NCBI GenBank assembly: GCA_015075425.1
Contig: JABTUL010000003.1
Span: forward strand, 216,693 to 280,692
Origin: Spirochaetales bacterium
GTDB lineage: Bacteria; Spirochaetota; Leptospiria; Leptospirales; Leptonemataceae
Direction of reading: 5' to 3'
DNA: 64,000 nt
Position numbers and translations under genes: made by a program. Of this stretch, positions 8,493-16,378 are shown piece after piece (positions within the stretch are counted from its first letter, which is position 1; every line of letters starts with the position of its first letter). A model generated the notes under the pieces. That model was not told the DNA's origin. It ran no database searches and saw nothing but the letters and a program-made list of their open reading frames with translations.

Positions 8493-10250
8493 ATGCAGCC
8501 GGAAAAACTGTCTTTACTGGACAGTCTGTCCTTTCGACTGGATTTGACCGCTTTAAATTCTGAGGCCGATGCCCGGCCACTAAGAAGTCTCCTGGACCGT
8601 CTCAATTTGCATTTGAGCTCCTCGAATCTAAAGGGACCGCTCTACGCGATGATTCATGAGATCGCAGCCAACAGCCTCAAAGCATTGTATAAAAAAGTGT
8701 TTTTCCAATCTTTACAAACAGATTACCGGGAGATGGATTACAGCCACAGTCTTGCTCTGTTCCGCACGGAACTGGAAGACCATAACGCACGGAATCTGAT
8801 CGCTTTGCTGGTTGAACGTAAACTTTCCGTCGTGCTTTCCGGGCGCCGTGAGGGGGATGAGTTTTTGATTGAGGCTATTACTCCAGGAGAGCCTTCAGAG
8901 ATTGAAAAGGAACGTATTGAACGAGCTGTTGAGCGCGGGCGTCGGCTCAATAGCTTTGGTTTTCTGTTGATGGAAGATTCCAGTGGAGAAGCGCACCGGG
9001 AGGGCGGCAGTCTGGGAATCCCGCTCATCATGATGAGTCTGCGCAGTCTGGGTCTTTCTGCTGATTCCTTTCACATTGAAGGGATTCGGGGGCAAACAGT
9101 TACCACCCTGCGCCTCCCCGGACATTTTTTTACTGTGCCCCGTTCGTATGCTGTCAGAAGAATGAGGAACACCCGGCGCCATCTGGCGATGGTCTGGAAC
9201 ACCTACCTGGCCCTTGGTATGGGTGTTGCGCGTTTTGATCGCGGTGGACATTTGATCGCTGTGTCAGAGGAATTGCTGACACAGCTGGAGGTGGGGGATC
9301 CCGAACAATTTGAACGGGAACTGCCGCCCAGGTTCATGGTGGATCTATTCCACGGTGAGAATCGTGTGCAACCCGACCGGCCCATGGAGCACTATCGAAT
9401 CTATTTAAAGAAAGCAAAAACTAAACAGGAAATGCTTTATAATGTTTCCGCATTTGTAAACAGCAAAGAATATGTAACGGTCCTTTTTCACAAGCTCCCT
9501 GTAGAACTGCAGGATCAAAGGCCGCGGGCCGGTTCATTGCTGGATCATTTACGGCTGCATAACATGATTGAACCCTACGTTCCGGTCCCTCTCCTGCTCA
9601 AAGCCAGAGAGAGCCTGCAGCTGGGGCTCGATCATTTGACGGATGAGTTGCGTGATGTCACTGTTTTCTTTGGCGATCTGGCCGGCTTCACCGGTCAGAC
9701 AGAGAGAATGCCGCCGGACACGGCCCTGGAATTTCTTAATATCGCCATGAGTATTTCCGTCCGGTTTATCGAAAAGAACGGCGGCTTTGTAGATAAATTC
9801 ATGGGCGATGCAATCATGGCCATTTTTTACAGTCCGCTCCGTGCGGCCATTGCTGCTCTGGAGATACAGAACCAGTTCCAACAGCTCAACTATTTTCGTT
9901 CGCTCAGTGATGAAATTCCCATCCAGGTCCGCATAGGCATCAATACCGGCAAGGCGATCCTGGGCAATGTGGGTGCGGCCAATCGCATGGACTGGACGGC
10001 TATTGGAGATACTGTCAACACCGCCTCTCGCATTGAAAAGCTGGCCCATCCCGGCGAAGTGCTTGTGGGGCAATCCACTTTTGAGGCTATCATGGATCAG
10101 GCGGAGGTTCAGGAAAGAGAACCCATTGCCGTGCGCGGCAAGTCGGAAAATCTGAAGGTATATTCAGTTCGAAAGTTACGCTTCCATCAGCAGGATCGCC
10201 CGGTGGAGATCAGCGTGGAAGGAGTTCTGGCGGATCTGTTGCCAGATTGA
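8493..10250 (+). CDS. Class III adenylate/guanylate cyclase with an N-terminal degenerate GHKL (HATPase-like) domain and a PAS-like domain
   Basis: C-terminal cyclase motifs VTVFFGDLAGFTGQTE, DKFMGDAIMAIF, RIGINTGKAILGNVG, DWTAIGDTVNTASRIE. N-terminus has MIHEIAANSLKA and GGSLGIPLI, resembling the N and G boxes of RsbW-type ATPases. Confidence 0.85.
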   Translation: MQPEKLSLLDSLSFRLDLTALNSEADARPLRSLLDRLNLHLSSSNLKGPLYAMIHEIAANSLKALYKKVFFQSLQTDYREMDYSHSLALFRTELEDHNARNLIALLVERKLSVVLSGRREGDEFLIEAITPGEPSEIEKERIERAVERGRRLNSFGFLLMEDSSGEAHREGGSLGIPLIMMSLRSLGLSADSFHIEGIRGQTVTTLRLPGHFFTVPRSYAVRRMRNTRRHLAMVWNTYLALGMGVARFDRGGHLIAVSEELLTQLEVGDPEQFERELPPRFMVDLFHGENRVQPDRPMEHYRIYLKKAKTKQEMLYNVSAFVNSKEYVTVLFHKLPVELQDQRPRAGSLLDHLRLHNMIEPYVPVPLLLKARESLQLGLDHLTDELRDVTVFFGDLAGFTGQTERMPPDTALEFLNIAMSISVRFIEKNGGFVDKFMGDAIMAIFYSPLRAAIAALEIQNQFQQLNYFRSLSDEIPIQVRIGINTGKAILGNVGAANRMDWTAIGDTVNTASRIEKLAHPGEVLVGQSTFEAIMDQAEVQEREPIAVRGKSENLKVYSVRKLRFHQQDRPVEISVEGVLADLLPD

Positions 10251-10698
10251 TACCGGCTGCTCCCGAACCGGCAGATTCCACAAAACCATTGAAGGCCGTT
10301 ACTTCAAAATAGAGGGTGCCGGTGAAAGGATCGGCTGGCTGATTGTAAGTGCTGATGGTGGTGCTGGCCAGTCGGTTGCTTGCCGCACAGCATTCAGGCT
10401 GGCCGTTCAGAAAGTAATAGATATGAAACGTGGGGAAGGAGACGTCTGCGGGAGCGGTCCACTCCAGGATGATTTCTCGAAGCACTGCCTGGTAGCGCAG
10501 TTTTAAATCTGTGGGTCTGGAAATCCCGGTCGCCGCGCCCGGAGTCAATTGTCCCAGCAGCACGTAATAGATCTGGGGCACAAGTTCAGGGGAACGGCAG
10601 TTCACAAAGAGCCCGGTGCTCAAAAGAACGAGGTAGCAGCCCTTCAAACCTTTGTTTACAAATGGCTTCAGGGATGCCTCTCTGTCCCGTGCTGGCAA
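10210..10698 (-). CDS. Hypothetical lipoprotein with an FN3-like domain
   Basis: Lipobox LSTGLFVNC. LEWTAPADV...HIYYF...GTLYFEVTAFNG resembles a fibronectin type III fold. An alternative TTG start at 10647 (MKGCYLVLLSTGLFVNC) would remove the 5' overlap with the divergent GTPase gene. Confidence 0.5.
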   Translation of the reverse strand: MPARDREASLKPFVNKGLKGCYLVLLSTGLFVNCRSPELVPQIYYVLLGQLTPGAATGISRPTDLKLRYQAVLREIILEWTAPADVSFPTFHIYYFLNGQPECCAASNRLASTTISTYNQPADPFTGTLYFEVTAFNGFVESAGSGAAGINLATDPPELLPR

Positions 10699-11753
10699 TC
10701 GGGCAACAAATTAAGGAAATCTGGAACGGAGTTTTTTCTGAAGTTCAGGCAGAGTTCGACGCCCGGCTAACGCTCGGCTTCATGGGTTCTCCATCGGCGG
10801 GCAAGGATTCATTGATCCGTGCCCTGTTTGGCATTGATACAGGAGAAATTTCACCCATCCCCGGTTCCACCAGCAAAGCCCGTGCTTTTGCCTTAAATGA
10901 GGCGGGATCGATTCGCCTGCTTACCGCTCCCGGTGTGGGCGATGCCCGGAAGGAACTGACGGCCCGCGCGCATGCGGCCGTGGAAGAGCTGGATCTGGTG
11001 CTTCTTGTCGTCAGTGTGCAGAGTGGAGTGGATCGCCATGTAAAGCAACTCATTGATGAAATCCATTGCCCGGTAATTGTAGCCTTAAATAAAATTGACC
11101 TTCTGGATGATCCCGCTGCGCTTTCCCCGCTGGTGCAACATGTGGCAGAGTTGTCGGCCCTGCCCCTTGAGGACATCCTGCCCTGTGCTGCCGATCCCCA
11201 TCCCGATCTGGGGCCGCCCCAGGGACTTTCAGAACTTTCCCTGCGCCTTGCAGAAATCCTCGAAAAAAAAGGGAAGTCCCTTGTTCTCGCCCGGATTCTA
11301 CGGGAACGCGATGCGCTGGCCAATCGGCTCATTGAGCGGGCCGCCCTCAGTGCTGGAGCGGTGGGCGTCATCCCCTTGCCCGGCCCGGATTTTGCCCCGC
11401 TGACGGCCATTCAGACCGGTCTCCTTTTGCGACTGGCCCGCGTGTATGGAGTGGAGACCTCGCAAAAAGATGTGGGCGCGTTGCTGATGGATATCCTGGC
11501 CGGCAATGCCGGCAAAGCACTCTTTGGCCGGGCAAGTTCGATGCTGCGCGCTGCCGGCTGGAGCAGTGGAGCGTTGATGGGGGTGACTGCGGCCGTTGCC
11601 GGCGGTATTGCCGCCAGCATCACCTATTCGATCGGTCAGGCCGGCCGGGTCTTCTACAGAGATCATGGACATCTTGCCTCCCGTCTGGCCCAGGATGTTT
11701 TTGGCACGGAGCTGGATCGACAGCTGGATAAAATGAAATCCGATCATGCTTGA
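10662..11753 (+). CDS. GTPase domain fused to a DUF697-like membrane-associated domain
   Basis: G1 GSPSAGKDS, G2 PGST, G3-like TAPGVGD, G4 NKID. C-terminal AALSAGAVGVIPLPGPDFAPLTAIQTGLLLRLARVYG plus Gly/Ala-rich hydrophobic helices resemble DUF697/YcjF. The exact start is uncertain. Confidence 0.7.
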   Translation: MASGMPLCPVLAIGQQIKEIWNGVFSEVQAEFDARLTLGFMGSPSAGKDSLIRALFGIDTGEISPIPGSTSKARAFALNEAGSIRLLTAPGVGDARKELTARAHAAVEELDLVLLVVSVQSGVDRHVKQLIDEIHCPVIVALNKIDLLDDPAALSPLVQHVAELSALPLEDILPCAADPHPDLGPPQGLSELSLRLAEILEKKGKSLVLARILRERDALANRLIERAALSAGAVGVIPLPGPDFAPLTAIQTGLLLRLARVYGVETSQKDVGALLMDILAGNAGKALFGRASSMLRAAGWSSGALMGVTAAVAGGIAASITYSIGQAGRVFYRDHGHLASRLAQDVFGTELDRQLDKMKSDHA

Positions 11754-13008
11754 CCCTGGTATTTGTGCCGACCCGCATCTGCAGCGGATTTTGCGTCTGG
11801 CCCGCCGCGAGGAACTCACGTCCCTTCTGGGTTTTACGCTGATTCCCTGGTATAAGAAAAAGGCCGGCAGCGAGGAAGAAGAGAGCGCTCGCCTGCGGGC
11901 GGCAAGCCTGAATAGAGAAGACCTGGAGCAGCATCTCTTGAAAGAAATTCAAGCAGCCGGTTCACATTCGATCGCTTCTGTATTTCGCGGACACGGAGTA
12001 GCCTATGCGGAGATCCTCAAAGAAACTCTTTTGCATTTCAAAGCTCGAAAGCGTACCTCCCTGGCATCCTTTCTTTCCTCTCCGGCCGCTGAAATCGATC
12101 GCCAGCAATTGCTTTTTGCAGAGCGTGAATTGTTTCGTTTGATTTATGACCGCGATGAAATCGATGAAACGATCAAAGCTGCGCTGCCGGATCTGAACAA
12201 TCAATTTGTCCTCTACCAGTTTGCCACGCTTGTGGCTGCCGGTCTTGCCGGCCGGGTAGCCGGCAGTTTGCTGGCCCTGTCTGCTGAACTGCTTCTGGCT
12301 CGCAGCCTGCCGGCGCTCGCCGGGCCGGCGGGATTGGGGATAGCTCTTGCCTGGACGCTGCATCAACTCTCCGGCCCGGCGATGCGGAAAATTTTGCCGC
12401 TCACCATCCATCTGGCCCTGCTGGACTTGCAGCAGTCGATCACGCCCACCGTCGGTTTTCTGGGAAGCATGTCGGCGGGCAAGGACAGTTTGATGGGAGC
12501 ACTTTTTGATGTAGATACAGGTGGCGTTTCTCCTCTGCCCGGCAGTACCGCAGAAGTAAAGGTCTACGAACAGGTCTCCGGGCGCGGGCGCTTGCGTCTG
12601 GTCAATGCGCCGGGCAGTGGCGATCCGCGCGATCTGGTTGCCGGCGAAGCTCAAGTTGCGGCCGCACTGATGGATCTGGCCATCATCGTCTTGAATGCAG
12701 CCGGCCACCTGGCGGGAGAAACCGAACTTGCCTTGATTGCCGATCTTCGCAAAAGGAGGGTCCCGCTGCTTTTTGTGCTGAACAAAGTCGATCTTCTAAA
12801 AAACGAGCAGGAAAAAAGCCTCCTGCTGGCAGAGCTTTCAAGCCGGCTGGGGGTGAAAAGCGAGGATATTTTCTGTACCGTTGCCCGCCCCCATGCGAAA
12901 CTACAGGTGAGCGGGCGGGGCCTTACTTCTCTGTGGGAGGCGATCTATGCCGCATTGCCGGCCGAGCGTCGCGAAGCTCTGCCGCGCCCACACAATCTGC
13001 CTGAATAG
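11746..13008 (+). CDS. YaaW/UPF0174-like domain fused to a paralogous GTPase domain
   Basis: The N-terminal half resembles E. coli YaaW as I recall it: DPHLQRILRLARREEL, FRGHGVAYAEILKETLLHFKAR, hydrophobic GPAGLGIALAWTLHQLSGPAMRKILPLTIHLA. The C-terminal half has G1 GSMSAGKDS, G2 PGST, G3-like NAPGSGD, G4 NKVD. The start overlaps the upstream gene by 8 nt. Confidence 0.65.
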   Translation: MLDPGICADPHLQRILRLARREELTSLLGFTLIPWYKKKAGSEEEESARLRAASLNREDLEQHLLKEIQAAGSHSIASVFRGHGVAYAEILKETLLHFKARKRTSLASFLSSPAAEIDRQQLLFAERELFRLIYDRDEIDETIKAALPDLNNQFVLYQFATLVAAGLAGRVAGSLLALSAELLLARSLPALAGPAGLGIALAWTLHQLSGPAMRKILPLTIHLALLDLQQSITPTVGFLGSMSAGKDSLMGALFDVDTGGVSPLPGSTAEVKVYEQVSGRGRLRLVNAPGSGDPRDLVAGEAQVAAALMDLAIIVLNAAGHLAGETELALIADLRKRRVPLLFVLNKVDLLKNEQEKSLLLAELSSRLGVKSEDIFCTVARPHAKLQVSGRGLTSLWEAIYAALPAERREALPRPHNLPE

Positions 13009-14548
13009 CACGATTGATGCGCGTCAGTTCCTGCCAGACGCGGGAGATCTCCGGTCTCTTTTCTGTCGCCAGAGCCTTTCCCAGTTCCTCCATTTGCTCA
13101 TCGAGTGCCGGCAAGTGCCGGCAGTGCGGAACTTCCTCATGCATCCGATCAGCAAAAAGTTGTGCTTTGACCCAGGTGCGTCGGACCTGAGCGGGCAGCT
13201 GCAAAAAGAAAGGATCGTTCTGCACGGTACGAATATAGCGATCGGCGCGGTGTATGGCCTGGTTTCGCCGGTCCTCTCCCGGGGCGGCGCGGGCATTGGG
13301 CAGAATCCAGGCCAGAGCAAAAGTCAATTGCAGGCCGGCAAAAAGTGGAAGATAGGGAGTAATGTAGCGATTTTTATAAAGATACCATAAAAGCAGGTTG
13401 GCACTGATAGTAAAAAGGCTGAACAGATCCCTGTCGGCGGGAAATCCGATGATCGGATTCCAGACCCAAAAATGTAGCAGAAAGGTGGCCCAGGCGATGA
13501 TCAGAATTTGAATCGGTCGGGTTGTTGTTTTCCAATTCAGCGTCGCCTGGAAAATCAGCGGCAGGGACGGAAGGAGGAGCGGTGATGCGCCCACAAGAGT
13601 CTGCAATTTACCCGCAGCAATAGACGGTTCAAACCACTGCTGCGGGGAGAGAAGGGGAGGGCGCAGAGCAAAGGATTCAGAAATCGTAATGGGATACTCC
13701 ACCACCAGAAAAAAATAAAGATAGGCCGGCAGAAGGATGGATCCCGCAGCCAGGCAGGACAGAGAGACTCTCTTAAGACGTTCCCTGTGGCTTGCCGGCC
13801 CGGAGAGAACAAGAAAAGACAGGGCCGGCAGGGCAAAAGCGGCAATGCCGTGCAGGAGAAAAGAGAGAGCTGCGGCAGCTCCGAGCAGGAGCAAAGATCG
13901 CGAAGAAAGGCCGTTTGTGGCAATGTTTGCGGCAAAAACAAGAACAGCCATTAAAGAAATGGTAACCAGTGTGTAGCTTTCCACGTAGCCGGCAAAGAGA
14001 GCCATGATGGGCGTACAAAGAAAGATTGCGAATGCCAGGAGGGCGGTTCGCAAGTTCTGACCCTGCAAAGACTGCAGCACGGCCGCCGCATAAAGAACGC
14101 CGGCAAGAGTACTGATCAGTGCATAAGAAGTATCCACGCTCTGGCCCATAGAGTCAAAAACCAGGTAAAGCCTGGATCGTAGATACAGCTCCAGTGGTTC
14201 ATCAAAACTATCAAGAAATCCAAATAGTTCTGTGTAGACCGGTATGTGTTCCAGTAGATGCAGACTGTCTCCGGCGCCATCCGGGGGTGGCAAAAAAAGT
14301 TGCAGGCGAAGCGTCCAGAGTACCCAGCCGGTGAAAAGAGCACCCAGCATAATGAAGCCTGCGTTCAGGCGAAAGGTTTTTTGCTCAAGAATGGTTATAG
14401 AGTCAGCCGTCCAGAACAGCGGCAAAAGAGATAAGAGCAGGAGCAGAACAAAAATGATGGGCGGAATTTCTGAAAAGAGCCAGAGGTCAGGCCAGAGCAG
14501 CCGTGCGCCCAGAAGCCCGGCAGTGTAGAGAATCCAGAGGAGTCTCAA
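12923..14548 (-). CDS. Polytopic integral membrane protein, possibly a GT-C-like glycosyltransferase
   Basis: 541 aa with at least 10 hydrophobic segments (for example GYVESYTLVTISLMAVLVF) and a soluble helical C-terminal tail. The start overlaps the stop of the small upstream ORF. The family assignment is weak. Confidence 0.6.
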   Translation of the reverse strand: MRLLWILYTAGLLGARLLWPDLWLFSEIPPIIFVLLLLLSLLPLFWTADSITILEQKTFRLNAGFIMLGALFTGWVLWTLRLQLFLPPPDGAGDSLHLLEHIPVYTELFGFLDSFDEPLELYLRSRLYLVFDSMGQSVDTSYALISTLAGVLYAAAVLQSLQGQNLRTALLAFAIFLCTPIMALFAGYVESYTLVTISLMAVLVFAANIATNGLSSRSLLLLGAAAALSFLLHGIAAFALPALSFLVLSGPASHRERLKRVSLSCLAAGSILLPAYLYFFLVVEYPITISESFALRPPLLSPQQWFEPSIAAGKLQTLVGASPLLLPSLPLIFQATLNWKTTTRPIQILIIAWATFLLHFWVWNPIIGFPADRDLFSLFTISANLLLWYLYKNRYITPYLPLFAGLQLTFALAWILPNARAAPGEDRRNQAIHRADRYIRTVQNDPFFLQLPAQVRRTWVKAQLFADRMHEEVPHCRHLPALDEQMEELGKALATEKRPEISRVWQELTRINRAIQADCVGAAELRDARPAMRHRSPPTEK

Positions 14549-14715
14549 AGATCTTCAGGTACCTGTTCAGAGAGGAGGCGCTGGCGTTTCTCATTCCAGT
14601 CTTTTTCGTAGTCCATCATGATTTTGCGGGCCGGCCATTCTTTGAGCAGTTGGCGCAGTTTACGATTGTGATCAAGGATTTTTTGCAGGTCGGATTTTTT
14701 GATTTTACCGGGCAT
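14545..14715 (-). CDS. Small charged hypothetical protein (56 aa)
   Basis: MPGKIKKSDLQKILDHNRKLRQLLKEWPARKIMMDYEKDWNEKRQRLLSEQVPEDL. I trimmed this from the 114-aa track ORF because the upstream part overlaps trmB. It is sandwiched between trmB and the membrane protein gene with overlaps on both sides. Confidence 0.4.
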   Translation of the reverse strand: MPGKIKKSDLQKILDHNRKLRQLLKEWPARKIMMDYEKDWNEKRQRLLSEQVPEDL

Positions 14716-15394
14716 GGTCACTCCTGTATTTCCAGCCCATGTAGTAGGGCCGTTTGCCTGCTGCGCGCTGCATATTTTCAAATCGGCTTGCCGGTCGCCC
14801 GGGAGGCCGTTCACGTCGGTAGTCCGGATTCTGGTAGAGGCTATGGAACAATCTGGTCTTACGGAAAATTCCGAGGATTCGGCGGGCATAAGGGCCGTAG
14901 TCTGTAGTAATGTGTACAGAGGCTCCCTCCCGGAGAAGGTGAGCGAGGCGCCAGGGGAAGTCGCTTGAGATGAGTCGGTGCTTCCAGTGCCTGCGTTTGG
15001 GCCATGGATCAGGGAAATTTATAAATACTTCATTGTAAGCAAAGGGAGGCAAAATCGTTTCCAGAAACCAGTTGAAGTTCACCGGCACAATGCGCAAATG
15101 GCTTACATTGCGGGCCCGTGCTTTTTTAAGCAGTGAGCGGATGCGTTCCGGTTTGATCTCAAACACAGTATAGTCCGTTTCCGGGTATTGTTCCAGAAGT
15201 GCAATGCAAAATTCACCCCAGCCACCGCCCAGTTCCAGAATACGGTGTCCTTTACCGCTAAAGAGCCGTTCGGGGGCAATGGCTGAGAGGCTTTCAGGAA
15301 ATACAACGGCCGGATCGTCAAAACGACTCCGATACGAAATTACTTTCTGAAATAGAAATTCCTTTAGCTCATCCGGATTCATTAAGACCAGCAA
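14705..15394 (-). CDS. trmB: tRNA (guanine-N7)-methyltransferase
   Basis: ILELGGGWGEFCIALLEQYPETDYTVFEIK...VFINFPDPWPKRRHWKHRLI are TrmB hallmark motifs. TTG start. Confidence 0.85.
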   Translation of the reverse strand: MLVLMNPDELKEFLFQKVISYRSRFDDPAVVFPESLSAIAPERLFSGKGHRILELGGGWGEFCIALLEQYPETDYTVFEIKPERIRSLLKKARARNVSHLRIVPVNFNWFLETILPPFAYNEVFINFPDPWPKRRHWKHRLISSDFPWRLAHLLREGASVHITTDYGPYARRILGIFRKTRLFHSLYQNPDYRRERPPGRPASRFENMQRAAGKRPYYMGWKYRSDHAR

Positions 15395-15472
15395 AGTGAT
15401 GGACGGAGTTGCTAAAAGCAGGTTTTGGGGAAAAGAGTTGAAAGAGTATGGGCCCGGCCATTTCTGTCGGCA

Positions 15473-16357
15473 ATGGGTGATTTGATCCGTTTCTGGGGAG
15501 TTCGCAACTCCATCCCGGCGCCCATTTCAGCCTCCCGCTACAAAGAACGGTTGCTCAAGGCCATTGAGGAGCTTCATGGCTCCTGGTCCAGTGCCGAGGT
15601 CACGTCCGAGGCGGCCCTGCGGCTCCTTCCGCCTGCCCTGACTGACCTCGTGGGCGGAGAAACAGCCTGCGCAGAGATTCGCCTGGGCGATGTCCACCTG
15701 ATCTGTGATGCCGGGACCGGTGCCCGGCCCCTGGGCTATGACCTCATGGTCCGTAAAATCAGTGGAGATGTGCATCTTTTCCTGAGTGGTCTGGATTGGT
15801 GCTACATTCAGGGCTGGCCCTTTTTCATTCCCGGGTATATACCCTCCAATACCGTTCATTTCTACAGTGCGGAGCTGAATCTGGAAGAGGGTATGGTCCG
15901 GCAACAGAATCTGGAACATTTCCCGGTGACCTTCACCGATCCGGGACACGCTCGCAAAGTATTTCACCGGGCCGCAAGCGAATGGACGCTGGGTAAGGGT
16001 AAGCTTAAGGTAAAATCTCTGCCCAATGGTTCGCAATGCCTGCTACTTTCCTCAAACAATCGTAGCATTGGCTACTGGATGAACTGTGCCGGAATGGAGC
16101 TTATGTCTCTTGCTCCCTTTTTTCAAAAGGCCGATTTTCTCTGTCTTGGTTTTCCCCCCCGGGGGGACTGGACTTCCTTTGGCGAGGACGCCCTGGCTTT
16201 TGCCCGGGGCACAGGTGCCGGGCATCTTCTGCTTACCCATTTTCCACCCGCTTTGACCGATGAAGAGATTTCCGGGCTGGAAGAACATCTGCGTTCCCGT
16301 GCCGGTGGCCTTTCCTTCAGTCTTGTCCGCGAGGGCAAAGAATACGGTTTTTCCTGA
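15473..16357 (+). CDS. MBL-fold protein with a degenerate metal-binding motif (probable pseudoenzyme)
   Basis: Preferred start MGDLIRFWGVRNSIPAP, the family-typical N-terminus. The track ORF starts at a TTG at 15425. LICDAGTGARPLG matches the family. The expected SHxHxDHiqG motif reads SGLDWCYIQGWPFF at 15782-15805. Confidence 0.7.
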   Translation: MGDLIRFWGVRNSIPAPISASRYKERLLKAIEELHGSWSSAEVTSEAALRLLPPALTDLVGGETACAEIRLGDVHLICDAGTGARPLGYDLMVRKISGDVHLFLSGLDWCYIQGWPFFIPGYIPSNTVHFYSAELNLEEGMVRQQNLEHFPVTFTDPGHARKVFHRAASEWTLGKGKLKVKSLPNGSQCLLLSSNNRSIGYWMNCAGMELMSLAPFFQKADFLCLGFPPRGDWTSFGEDALAFARGTGAGHLLLTHFPPALTDEEISGLEEHLRSRAGGLSFSLVREGKEYGFS

Positions 16358-16378
16358 TTCGCCACTGACACGGGGCTC

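Noticed and set aside
10745-12708. Long antisense ORFs (10745..11410, 11298..11819, 11962..12708) opposite the GTPase pair
   Set aside because: The plus-strand frames contain complete G1-G4 motif sets. The antisense translations are Arg/Ser/Ala-rich with no motifs.
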